Below are positions 1 through 10,720 of a stretch of 64,000 nt of DNA, in pieces. The stretch's first letter is position 1, and each line of letters begins with the position of its first letter. Made by a program: the position numbers and the translations under genes. The stretch lies in NCBI GenBank assembly GCA_943367815.1, contig CALRKA020000011.1, positions 633 to 64,632 of the forward strand, written 5' to 3'. Under the pieces are notes generated by a model. That model saw only the letters and a list, made by a program, of their open reading frames with translations. It searched no databases and was not told where the DNA came from. The stretch is from Tabrizicola sp. YIM 78059. Lineage in GTDB: Bacteria; Cyanobacteriota; Cyanobacteriia; PCC-6307; Cyanobiaceae.

Positions 1-1149
1 GTCGGCGATCCCACCCCGATCCAGTACACGATCAGGGACCTGCAGGGGGCCATCAGCAACCCCGCCACGGTGACCATCGATTACGACAACCTGGCCATCA
101 CCCCCAACCCTCCGGTGCCAGCACCACGGCACGTCGACTTCTACCTGCTGCTCGACAGCTCCACCTCGATGAAGGGCAGCGACCCCAGCGGCGTCTCCAG
201 GATCGAGGCCCAGAACCGGCTGGCCTTCGAAACCTTCAAATCGGCCCTGGCCGCTGCCGGCTACGGCTACACCCTCAAGGGCAGCACCACCTTCCAGCCC
301 TTCCTCGATGACACCAATCTGACGAGCAGCCAGACCCTCGCCTCCGAAATCCTCAACTACGAGCTGGTGGACGACCCCACCGACGGCAGCAGCACCAATG
401 CCAGGTCAATCACGATCCACACCATCGATTTCGGCTATCTCGTCAGCCACAGCGAGATCACCTTCAGCGGCAGCAATCCCAACTTCGGCGAACTGCTGGC
501 CCGCGATGTGCTCCTCACCCAGACCCCCGACCTCACCTACGGGGACACCACCAGCCCCGACTGGATCGCCCGCGGTCTGCCGGCGCCCAACTCTCTCGAT
601 GCCTACACAGCCCCCGGCACCAGCGGCAATCGCTACAGCGGCACCGAGATGCTCGGGGCCCTGGTGGCCCTCGACAAGCTGCTCGTGAAGGAACTGCCCA
701 ACGTTGCCCTCGACACGATCGTGTCGGTGGCGATGATCACCGACGGCCGCCCCGAACGGCGCCCCTGGTGGGACAACCGGCCCGAGTTCGGCCAGGGCTG
801 GACAGGCACCAACGTCGCCCTGCCCACCAGCTCCTGGCTCGACGGTGATCCGATCCTCAGCTCGGGACTGCGCTACACCAGCAGCGGCACCCCGATCCGG
901 GTGCCGACGGCCGCCGGTGTCGACATCTGGGCCCAGGCCCAGGCTTCCCTCAACAACACCCTCGACACCGTGGCCGCCAGGGCCGGCGCCAGCAACGTGA
1001 ACGTGCTGGCGATCGGCATGGGCGACGGGGGCATCTCCAACTGGAACGCCATCTACACCGACCTGTTCACCAACCAGACCTTCGATGCCAGCCGCAGCTG
1101 GAACTACCAGTTCTCCACCTCCGGCCAGCTGCCGCAGCTGTCGGGGTGA
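1..1149 (+). CDS. C-terminal part of a large secreted/surface protein with VWA domain (5' truncated by window)
   Basis: Frame open from base 1 (VGDPTPIQYTIRDLQGAISNPATVTID, Ig/cadherin-like repeat end); MIDAS-like DSSTS motif (FYLLLDSSTSM) and later AMITDG; S/T/D/N-rich. Confidence 0.7.
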   Translation, partial: VGDPTPIQYTIRDLQGAISNPATVTIDYDNLAITPNPPVPAPRHVDFYLLLDSSTSMKGSDPSGVSRIEAQNRLAFETFKSALAAAGYGYTLKGSTTFQPFLDDTNLTSSQTLASEILNYELVDDPTDGSSTNARSITIHTIDFGYLVSHSEITFSGSNPNFGELLARDVLLTQTPDLTYGDTTSPDWIARGLPAPNSLDAYTAPGTSGNRYSGTEMLGALVALDKLLVKELPNVALDTIVSVAMITDGRPERRPWWDNRPEFGQGWTGTNVALPTSSWLDGDPILSSGLRYTSSGTPIRVPTAAGVDIWAQAQASLNNTLDTVAARAGASNVNVLAIGMGDGGISNWNAIYTDLFTNQTFDASRSWNYQFSTSGQLPQLSG

Positions 1150-1173
1150 GCCGCCATTGCGCCCATCCCCCCG

Positions 1174-1728
1174 GTGACGGCAGGCTGGACGCACTGGAAC
1201 CCGATGGCCATGACCCGCGAGCACGATCCCTTCCGCATCCCCCGCGCCGGCTGGGAAGCAGCCCCCCTGGCGGGGCTGGCCTCGGTGGATCTGAACCGGA
1301 ACGGCGGCGCCTTCAGCGGCGGTGAATTCGTCTCCGAATCCACCGTCGGCGGCGTGCTGCTCTACGCCACCTACCAAGCGCTGCTGAGCGCCCTGCGCAC
1401 CGAGGCCCTGCGCAAGCGGGGCGAGATCGACCGACTGACCCAGGTGCGGCTGGTGCTGGCCACCAGCCTGGAATCGGCCCGGACCGGCGTGGCCGTGGGG
1501 GCCGTGCTCTCGGTGGTGCTGCTGGTGTTCCCCTGGCTGGCGGCACCGATGGCCCTGGTGGGGGTGGTCGGGACGGCCAAGGCCTCCCTCGACCTGTTCC
1601 ATGCCTTCTGGGATGGCCTCGACGCCGAACAGAAGCTGCAGGTCACCATCGCCGCCCACGAGGCGGGGGTGAACCTGCGCCGCTTCTTCAGCAACGCCAG
1701 CGAGGCTCTGGGGCCGGTGGCGGGCTGA
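1174..1728 (+). CDS. hypothetical membrane protein (start may be 1204/1210)
   Basis: Coding-like ORF with hydrophobic segment GVAVGAVLSVVLLVFPWLAAPMALVGVVG. Confidence 0.65.
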   Translation: MTAGWTHWNPMAMTREHDPFRIPRAGWEAAPLAGLASVDLNRNGGAFSGGEFVSESTVGGVLLYATYQALLSALRTEALRKRGEIDRLTQVRLVLATSLESARTGVAVGAVLSVVLLVFPWLAAPMALVGVVGTAKASLDLFHAFWDGLDAEQKLQVTIAAHEAGVNLRRFFSNASEALGPVAG

Positions 1729-1740
1729 GCGGGGCTCCGT

Positions 1741-2793
1741 TTACCGGCCGCCACCGAACAGCTGCTGCAGCAGCCCGCCCAGGGCCTGCCCCAGGGCTTC
1801 GCTGTCGCTGCCCTGCACCACCTGCCCATTGGCGTCCACGGGCTGGAGGGCCTGGTTGAGCTGGGCCGTGGTGGCCGTCGTCGTGCTGCGGAAGCCCAGG
1901 TTGAAGACTCCGGCCCAGCCCAGCTGGATGTCGGAGCGGTACTGGTCGGCGTTGACCCTGGACTGCACGGCGGCCGCCGAGCCGTTGGGCATCTGAATGC
2001 TCCAGGGACCGTTGCCCTGGGCGGTGAAGCGGAGCGTGCGCAGCGGGTTCGAGACCGGCAGCCTGTCGAAGGTGAAGGCCAGGGTCTTGGAGCCGTTGGC
2101 GTTGTTCTGGACGATCTCGTAACGGCAGGTGCCGTTGTAGATGGAAATCCCCGCGTTGGTCCAGGCGCAGGTGCCGCTCTGGCGGGTGCGGGTGAACGGC
2201 GCCTGGAAGCTGTTGGTGGGGGGCTGGCCCGTGGCCGTGCCGCCGCCCGGCCCCCAGGTGGAACCGGCCCCACCGATCACCGTGCCCTGGCCGCCCGGGG
2301 TGCCGGAGCCGGCGCCGGCGCCGAACACCCAGGGGTTCAGACGTGGGTCGAAGCTGGTGCGCTGGCGGTTCGTCCAGCAGCCGCGCAGGTTGAAATTGCA
2401 GTAGCGGCCGTCGGCGAAGGTGACGTCGACCAGCGGATTGTTGACCAGATTGTTCTCCAGGGTGCGGCGCGCCCGGCGTCCGAATTCCTGCTCCGTCTCG
2501 GCCAGGGCTGCCCCGCTGGCGTTGAAGCAGACACTCACGGAGCTGTCGCAGATCACCCCCTGCACCGGAAAGGACAGGGTCCTGTTGCCGGGCTGGCCGT
2601 AACCGGCGCCCCCGGATCCACCCCCGCCGCCCCAGGGCGTCGTCTGCACCGGCGTCTGCTGGCTCGGGGCCCCCCAGGGGTTGCCCTGGGCCCGTGCCTC
2701 CGGTGCCGCCAGGGCAAGGGGCAGGGCGACCATGGGAAGGGTGGTGAACAGCAGCGAGGCCTGGCTGAAAAATCCGGTGACAAATCTGTTCAT
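1741..2793 (-). CDS. secreted protein with YcgJ/Fels-1-like Cys domain
   Basis: Signal peptide from ATG 2793 ending ARA/Q; segment PVQGVICD..VC...TFADGRYCNFNLRGCW resembles the YcgJ/Fels-1 pattern; Gly-rich linkers. Confidence 0.6.
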   Translation of the reverse strand: MNRFVTGFFSQASLLFTTLPMVALPLALAAPEARAQGNPWGAPSQQTPVQTTPWGGGGGSGGAGYGQPGNRTLSFPVQGVICDSSVSVCFNASGAALAETEQEFGRRARRTLENNLVNNPLVDVTFADGRYCNFNLRGCWTNRQRTSFDPRLNPWVFGAGAGSGTPGGQGTVIGGAGSTWGPGGGTATGQPPTNSFQAPFTRTRQSGTCAWTNAGISIYNGTCRYEIVQNNANGSKTLAFTFDRLPVSNPLRTLRFTAQGNGPWSIQMPNGSAAAVQSRVNADQYRSDIQLGWAGVFNLGFRSTTTATTAQLNQALQPVDANGQVVQGSDSEALGQALGGLLQQLFGGGR

Positions 2794-2904
2794 CAATCCT
2801 GGAACACGTTCACGAGCACAGGAATCAAGGATACCAGGATTGGTCTTTCGAACACTTTTTCTCTGGCGTTCTGCAGCAACCAAGCAGAAGAATTGTCAAG
2901 CTTG

Positions 2905-2958
2905 GTGATCACAACGCAGCATAGTGATCACAACGCAGCCTTTTGATCACAGGCCAGC
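2905..2958. repeat. 19-bp-period direct repeat, 3 copies, with (G)TGATCAC palindromic core
   Basis: GTGATCACAACGCAGC at 2905-2920 and 2924-2939; degenerate TTGATCACAGGCCAGC at 2943-2958. Confidence 0.85.
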
Positions 2959-2975
2959 TCGAAAGCCTCTCCCCG

Positions 2976-3394
2976 TCACTCTGCCTCCAGGCTGCCGCGC
3001 ACCATGTTCATGCCGCAGTGGAACGGATAGGAGCCCGGCCGCTCGGGCAGCAGTTCGATGCTGGTGGTGGCCCCCAGGGGCAGGTCAAGGCTGCGCTGGA
3101 AGTCCGGGAAGATCACCTGGGCCACGCAACCGCTGGGATCGGTGCGGTGAAACAGCAGACGCACCGGCCGGCCCGCCTTCACCCGGACGCGGGCCGGGGC
3201 GTAGCCGCCCTGCACCGTGATCGTGATCTCCTGCATCCCCTGCTCCCCTTCGCCCGCCGTAACCCCTGCGCCGTGGGGGCCGAGGAACCACCAGAGCTCC
3301 GCCGCGATCAGGGCCAGCCCGGCCGCCGCCACCAGCACCTGCAGGGCCAGCGGCTGGGGGATCGTGCGCCAGAGGGGCGCGGCCTCGTGGGGCG

Positions 3395-3398
<4 letters not shown>
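2976..3398 (-). CDS. cupredoxin domain-containing protein
   Basis: N-terminal TM helix, ITVQGGYAP, F-H-CGMNMVRG copper-site motif; 4-nt overlap with the ATPase stop. Confidence 0.85.
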
Positions 3399-5497
<2,099 letters not shown>

Positions 5498-5529
5498 CGC
5501 GGGCGGACCGGGGCCGGGAGCTTGGCTTC

Positions 5530-5561
5530 ACCGTATGGGCTCCCCTGGGCTGGAGAGTCAA
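5530..5561 (-). promoter_or_regulatory. MerR-type promoter/operator of copA
   Basis: Minus strand TTGACT-(20 nt: CTCCAGCCCAGGGGAGCCCA)-TACGGT; long spacer with CTCC-N8-GGAG dyad; near-identical copy at 17772-17803. Confidence 0.8.
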
Positions 5562-5582
5562 GCCCGCCCCTAGGCTGAATTC

Positions 5583-7784
5583 GTGCAAACCCGCCACGAC
5601 TGGAGTCGCCTGGAGACGCAGGCCCGGACCCAGCTGCAGCGGCTCAGCCTGGGCGAGAAGCTCGCCATGCTCGACGGCGACACGCCGTTCTGGGGTGGCC
5701 TGGCGGCCATTGCCCTCCACGACGCCTCCCACCGCCGCCCCTGGCCGGCCGGGGTGGTGGAGCGCCTGGGGATCGGCGGGCTGCACTTCGTCGATGGCCC
5801 CCGCGGGGTGGTGCTGGAGGGCGGTGCCACCACCTTCCCGGCCCCCATCGGGCGCGGGGCCAGCTGGGACGTCGATCTGGAGGAGCGGATCGGCGAGGCC
5901 ATGGGGGCGGAGGCGCGCAGCTTCGGAGCCAACCTGTTCGGCGGGATCTGCGTGAATCTGCTGCGCCATCCGGGCTGGGGCCGGGCCCAGGAGACCTACG
6001 GCGAGGACCCGGTGCACGTGGGCGCCATGGGGGCCGCGGCGTGCCGAGGCGTGCAGCGCCATGCCATCGCCTGCGTCAAGCATTTCGCCCTCAACTCGAT
6101 CGACAGCGCCCGGTTCCGCGTCGATGTGGGCGCCAGTGAGCGGGTGCTGCAGGAGCTCTACCTGCCCCAGTTCCGCGACGGCGTGGAGGCCGGCGCCCTG
6201 GCGGTGATGAGCGCCTACAACAGTGTCAACGGGGCCTGGTGCGGCCAGCATCCCCATCTGCTGCGGGAGATCCTCAAGGACCGCTGGGGCTTTCGCGGCT
6301 TCGTGCTCACCGACTTCATCTTCGGCCTCCGCGACGGCGTGGCGGCCCTCGAGGCCGGCCAGGACCTGGAGATGCCCTTCCGGATGATCTTCGACGCCAC
6401 GCTTCCGGCGGCGGTGGCGGCGGGACGGGTGCCGGAGGCCCTGATCGATGCGGCGGTGCTGCGGATGCTGCTGGCCCAGGCCACGGTGCCCGCCGGCACC
6501 TATCCGGTGGCCCTGCGCGGCTGCCGCGCCCACCGGGAGCTGGCACGGGACGCCGCCGCCGGCTCGATCGTGCTGCTCAGGAACGCCGGCGACGTGCTGC
6601 CCCTGCGCGGCATCGGCTCGCTGGCGGTGATCGGCCCGGTGGCGGACACCGCCAACCTGGGGGACCGGGGGTCCTCCGACACCCGGCCGGCACCGGGGTC
6701 GGTGGTGACGCCCCTGGCCGGACTGCGGGCGGCGGCGCCGGACCTGCTCCTGCACCACGACGACGGCAGCGATCCGGCAGCGGCCGCGGCCCTGGCGGCC
6801 CGCAGTGAGGCGGCCCTGGTGGTGGTGGGCCTGGACTGGCGCCACGAGGGGGAACACATCCACCCGGGCGATCTGGCCCCGATCCTGCGCCAGGCGCCGC
6901 CCCCCGCCTGGCTGGTGCGCCTGTGCGGCCGCCGCCGGCTGCTGCCGGTCTGGACGGCGGTGGCGGCGATGGTCGCCGGAGTGACGCGCTTCGGTTCGGC
7001 CCGGGCCGGTGGCTCCTTCGCCTCCGGCGATCGCACGGTGCTCCAGCTGCCGCCGCCGCAGGAGGCCCTGATCCTGGCGGTTGCCGCCGCCAACCCGCGC
7101 ACGGTGGTGGTGCTGATGGGCGGCGGGGCGATCCTCTGCGAGGCGTGGCGGCAGCGGGTGCCCGGCCTGCTGATGCTCTGGTACCCCGGCGAGCAGGGGG
7201 GCGCGGCCCTCGCCGACGTGCTGCTGGGACGGATCTCCCCGTCGGGGCGGATGCCCTTTTCGGTGCCTACCGAGGCCAGCCACCTGCCGCCGTTCGATCC
7301 CCGGGCCCGGCAGATCACCTATGACCTCTGGCACGGCTACCGGCGGCTGGCCCGCAGCGGGCAGCCGGCGGCCTTTCCCTTCGGCTTCGGGCTCTCCTAC
7401 AGCCGCTTCCGCCACACCGATCCGGCGGTGGCGTGGCTCCCCACCCCGTCAGGGGGAGAGGCGGCGCTGGAGCTGGCCGTGACAGTGGCCAACACCGGCA
7501 CGGTGGAGGCCGCCGACGTGGTGCAGATCTACGTCGAGCCGCCCGGGGAGGCCGTGGAGCGGCCGGAGCGCACCCTGGTGGGCTTCGCTCGGGTGAGCCT
7601 GGGGCCGGGCCGGAGTCAGCGGCTGCGGATCCGGATTCCGTTGCGGCGGCTCGCCTGGTTCGATGAGACCCGCGACGGGTTCGTGCTGGAGGGCGGCCGC
7701 CACCGGCTGCTGGTGGCACGCCATGCCGAGGACGGCGGGATCGGCGTGGACCTCGAGCTGGAGAGCGGGGTGGTGGGGCCCTGA
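5583..7784 (+). CDS. GH3 beta-glucosidase
   Basis: DGPRGV, RHPGWGRAQETYGEDP, KHF, MSAYN, GFRGFVLTDF (nucleophile Asp), WYPGEQGG, FPFGFGLSY, Fn3-like C-terminus. Confidence 0.92.
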   Translation: MQTRHDWSRLETQARTQLQRLSLGEKLAMLDGDTPFWGGLAAIALHDASHRRPWPAGVVERLGIGGLHFVDGPRGVVLEGGATTFPAPIGRGASWDVDLEERIGEAMGAEARSFGANLFGGICVNLLRHPGWGRAQETYGEDPVHVGAMGAAACRGVQRHAIACVKHFALNSIDSARFRVDVGASERVLQELYLPQFRDGVEAGALAVMSAYNSVNGAWCGQHPHLLREILKDRWGFRGFVLTDFIFGLRDGVAALEAGQDLEMPFRMIFDATLPAAVAAGRVPEALIDAAVLRMLLAQATVPAGTYPVALRGCRAHRELARDAAAGSIVLLRNAGDVLPLRGIGSLAVIGPVADTANLGDRGSSDTRPAPGSVVTPLAGLRAAAPDLLLHHDDGSDPAAAAALAARSEAALVVVGLDWRHEGEHIHPGDLAPILRQAPPPAWLVRLCGRRRLLPVWTAVAAMVAGVTRFGSARAGGSFASGDRTVLQLPPPQEALILAVAAANPRTVVVLMGGGAILCEAWRQRVPGLLMLWYPGEQGGAALADVLLGRISPSGRMPFSVPTEASHLPPFDPRARQITYDLWHGYRRLARSGQPAAFPFGFGLSYSRFRHTDPAVAWLPTPSGGEAALELAVTVANTGTVEAADVVQIYVEPPGEAVERPERTLVGFARVSLGPGRSQRLRIRIPLRRLAWFDETRDGFVLEGGRHRLLVARHAEDGGIGVDLELESGVVGP

Positions 7785-7799
7785 GGCAGCCCTCAGCCC

Positions 7800-8300
7800 T
7801 CAGCCCTCACCGGGGCGGCTATTCAGGGCCTGCAGGGCCCGCTCCACCCGCAGGTGGGTGTAGCGCTGCAGCCAGAGGCAGGGCAGGTTGAACAGGGTCG
7901 CGAAGACCAGATTGATCAGCACCCCGGCCGGCGGCAGCCACAGGGCCGTGACGATCCAGAAGGGCCAGAGCGCCAGGTGCACCAGCTCGGCCCGGCGGGT
8001 TTCCGCCAGCAGGCGCTGCAGGGTGGCGCGATCCCGGCCCACCAGGCTGTTCTTGGCCACCCCGCCGGGGAAGGCCGTGCCGGCATCGGGCAGCAGGGAT
8101 TTCCAGCGGCGGATGGCGAGCCGCTTCTCGAAGCCGCTGCGGCTCTCCGGCCAGGGGCGCCGTCCCGTCAGCCAGGTGTCGTGGTCCAGGGCCCGCGGGG
8201 GCAGCTGGTGGGCCAGCCAGCCGACCAGCAGCGACCACAGCAGCCAGCCCAGGGCGCAGGCCAGGACCGCTAGCGCGTTGGAAACCGCCTGCCCTTCCAT
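7800..8300 (-). CDS. CrtO/CruD-like glycosyl-carotenoid acyltransferase
   Basis: LAIRRWKSLLPDAG, ETRRAELVH, NLPCLWLQRY pattern typical of glycosyl-4,4'-diaponeurosporenoate acyltransferases; adjacent to GT2. Confidence 0.75.
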   Translation of the reverse strand: MEGQAVSNALAVLACALGWLLWSLLVGWLAHQLPPRALDHDTWLTGRRPWPESRSGFEKRLAIRRWKSLLPDAGTAFPGGVAKNSLVGRDRATLQRLLAETRRAELVHLALWPFWIVTALWLPPAGVLINLVFATLFNLPCLWLQRYTHLRVERALQALNSRPGEG

Positions 8301-9403
8301 TCGATCGTGCCCCGCTCGAGATTCAGGATCGCCAGAACGAACACCCCCAGAAAGAACAACACGGGAATCGGAAAGATCAGGCAGATCCAGCCGAAGTCAC
8401 CGATCCGGCGGGTGACCACCAAGAGCTGCACGGCAAAGCCGACGTAGAGCAGCAGGTTGGGCAGCACGGCGGCATCCCCCACCATCGGCCAGCCCAGCAG
8501 GGAGGCGGGCAGGCACCAGGCCGCCCAGAACAGACCGGAGATCCACAGGATCACGCCGAGCATCCAGAGCCAGCGCACTTCCCCGGCGGCGGTGGCGAAG
8601 TTCTTGGCGAAGCCCACCACCATGTCCTGGAGGCCGCCGGGATACATGCGGTAGTCGAGCAGCCCCTGGCCGATGTAGGCGCTCACCGGCAGCCCCGCCT
8701 GCTCGTAGAGGTGGCCCAGGAACCAGTCCTCCACCACCTTGCCGGCGACCGCCGCATGGCCGCCGATGCGCTCGTAATCGCTGCGGCTGGTGACCATGGC
8801 CGGCCCGAAGGCCACCCCGCAGCCCCGGCCCATCGGCACCGCCATCAGCCCCACGAGGTTGAACAGCACCGAGAGCAGCTCGTAGGGCTTCTCGGTGCGG
8901 TGGAAGGGCTGCACCGAAACGAGGCCGCCCAGCTCCTGCTGGGTCGCCACGAGGCGCTGAAGGAACTCGGGGTGGGGTTCGGTGTCGGCGTCGAGGAACA
9001 GCAGGGTCTCCCCCCGGCTGGCGCGGACGCCGTGGTGGAGGGCCCAGGTCTTGCCGCACCAGCCCTCGGCCAAGGGCGGCGGACACATCACCGTGACGCC
9101 GGCGGCGGCGGCGATGGCGCCGGTGCGATCGTCGGAGTGGTCGTCGATCACGATCACCTCCTGCGGTGTGAGGCTCTGGAGGCGCAGGGCGGCAAGCAGT
9201 TTCGGCAGGGTGTGTTCCTCGTTGCGGGCCGGGATCAGCACCGACACCCTCGGCTGGCCCTGGACCCTGGAGGCGGGAAGCCGGGGCATGCGCAGGCACA
9301 GGGCCCAGCCGAGCAGCCAGCGCACCAGCAGCGAGATGGCCAACAGATCCACGGTCGGCACCACTGCTTGTCTCTTCAACCTAGGGACGTAGCAGTTCGT
9401 CAA
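8270..9403 (-). CDS. GT2 glycosyltransferase, CrtQ/CruC-like (true start probably ~9363)
   Basis: SVLIPARNEE, VIDDHSDD, WCGKTWAL, LFLDADT, EDW, RMY motifs; C-terminal TM helices. Confidence 0.85.
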   Translation of the reverse strand: MTNCYVPRLKRQAVVPTVDLLAISLLVRWLLGWALCLRMPRLPASRVQGQPRVSVLIPARNEEHTLPKLLAALRLQSLTPQEVIVIDDHSDDRTGAIAAAAGVTVMCPPPLAEGWCGKTWALHHGVRASRGETLLFLDADTEPHPEFLQRLVATQQELGGLVSVQPFHRTEKPYELLSVLFNLVGLMAVPMGRGCGVAFGPAMVTSRSDYERIGGHAAVAGKVVEDWFLGHLYEQAGLPVSAYIGQGLLDYRMYPGGLQDMVVGFAKNFATAAGEVRWLWMLGVILWISGLFWAAWCLPASLLGWPMVGDAAVLPNLLLYVGFAVQLLVVTRRIGDFGWICLIFPIPVLFFLGVFVLAILNLERGTIEWKGRRFPTR

Positions 9404-10046
9404 CCAAAGCCCGCAGGGCGGCCGGATGGGTCATCAGCTGGTGGTGGTACCGCACCGGCAGGCAGTGGCCCGGGCCGATCGGCAGCACGGCGCGCCAGGC
9501 CGGCACCACCATCAGGTCCGGATGGCAGTAGTAGCTGCAGCACTCCACGGGCTCCAGGGTGGCCAGCTGGGTGTTGAGCCGCACCAGCAGGGGGCTGCCG
9601 GCCTTCAGGTCGGCGATGCCGGCCAGCGGCCAGCTGGGCCAGGGACCGGCGGTGAGGGTGCCCTGCTGGGGGCTGCCCACGCTGATCAGCCGCCGCGTGC
9701 GCCGGTGGCCGCCCCGCAGCTGGATCCAGGTCCGGGCGATCACCCCGCCCATCGAAAAGCCCAGCAGATCGATGGGCTGCTGGGCTCCGAAGGCCGCTTC
9801 GATATGGAGGCCGAGCAGGTCGGCCTGCTCCTCGATCGGCGTCAGCCCGAAGCGGTGGGGCAGATGGGGAATCAGCAGGGGGCCGCGACGCCCCGCCAGC
9901 AGGCGCTGCAGGGGATCGAACAGACGGGGGGTGTCCCACATCCCGTGGATCAGCACCAGCGGAGGGGGATCGGCCGCAGGGCCAGGGCCGCCTACCAGAC
10001 CAGTTCCGGCAGCTCCCGGAACACCTTGCGCACCCCCACGCTCCAC
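9381..10046 (-). CDS. alpha/beta hydrolase (lipase/esterase), start uncertain
   Basis: LVLIHGMWDT, GFSMGG nucleophile elbow, VGSPQQGT, DLMVVP, HHQL. Confidence 0.85.
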   Translation of the reverse strand: MERGGAQGVPGAAGTGLVGGPGPAADPPPLVLIHGMWDTPRLFDPLQRLLAGRRGPLLIPHLPHRFGLTPIEEQADLLGLHIEAAFGAQQPIDLLGFSMGGVIARTWIQLRGGHRRTRRLISVGSPQQGTLTAGPWPSWPLAGIADLKAGSPLLVRLNTQLATLEPVECCSYYCHPDLMVVPAWRAVLPIGPGHCLPVRYHHQLMTHPAALRALVDELLRP

Positions 10047-10720
10047 TCGGCGCTGAGGTCCTTGAAGTAGGCGTCCCCCTCACTGAAGCGGCGGCGGTGC
10101 TGGATCTCGAAGCGGTCCTTCTCGTAGACGAGCAGGTCGATGGGCATCCCCACCGACAGGTTGCTGCGCATGGTCGAGTCGAAGGACACCAGCACGCACT
10201 TGGAGGCCTCCGCCAGCGTCGTGTCGGTATGGATGACACGGTCGATGATCGGCTTGCCGTACTTCGCCTCACCCGTCTGCAGGAAGGGCGTGTCCTCGCC
10301 GGCCTCGATGAAATTGCCCTCCGCGTACATGCGGAACAGCCGCGGCGCCTCGCCCCTGATCTGGCCGCCCACCAGGAAGGAGGCATTGAAGCTGGAGCCG
10401 GAGGCCTTCAGATAGGGGCCGTCGCGCTGCTCGATCGCCCGCACCGCATCCGACACCAGGACCATCACATCGAACATCGTCCGGGCCGTCCACACCGTGG
10501 GCTCCCCGTCGCCGGCCTCGGCCCGCTGGCGCAGGAGACCGATCACCGCCTGGGTCCCGGCCAGGCTGCCGGAACTGAGCAGGACGAGCACCCGGTCGCC
10601 GGGGCGCTCGAACACGGTCATCTTGCAGAAGCTGGCGAAATCATCCAGCCCCGCATTGGTGCGGGAATCGGAGGCGAACACCATGCCGCTCTCCAGAAGC
10701 ACCGCCACGCAGTAGGTCAT
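9992..10720 (-). CDS. Anbu proteasome-type (Ntn) protease
   Basis: MTYCV N-terminus (catalytic Thr1), ASDSRTNAG, GGQIRGE.PRLF, GEAKYGKPIIDR, DSTMRSNLSVG. Confidence 0.92.
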   Translation of the reverse strand: MTYCVAVLLESGMVFASDSRTNAGLDDFASFCKMTVFERPGDRVLVLLSSGSLAGTQAVIGLLRQRAEAGDGEPTVWTARTMFDVMVLVSDAVRAIEQRDGPYLKASGSSFNASFLVGGQIRGEAPRLFRMYAEGNFIEAGEDTPFLQTGEAKYGKPIIDRVIHTDTTLAEASKCVLVSFDSTMRSNLSVGMPIDLLVYEKDRFEIQHRRRFSEGDAYFKDLSAEWSVGVRKVFRELPELVW

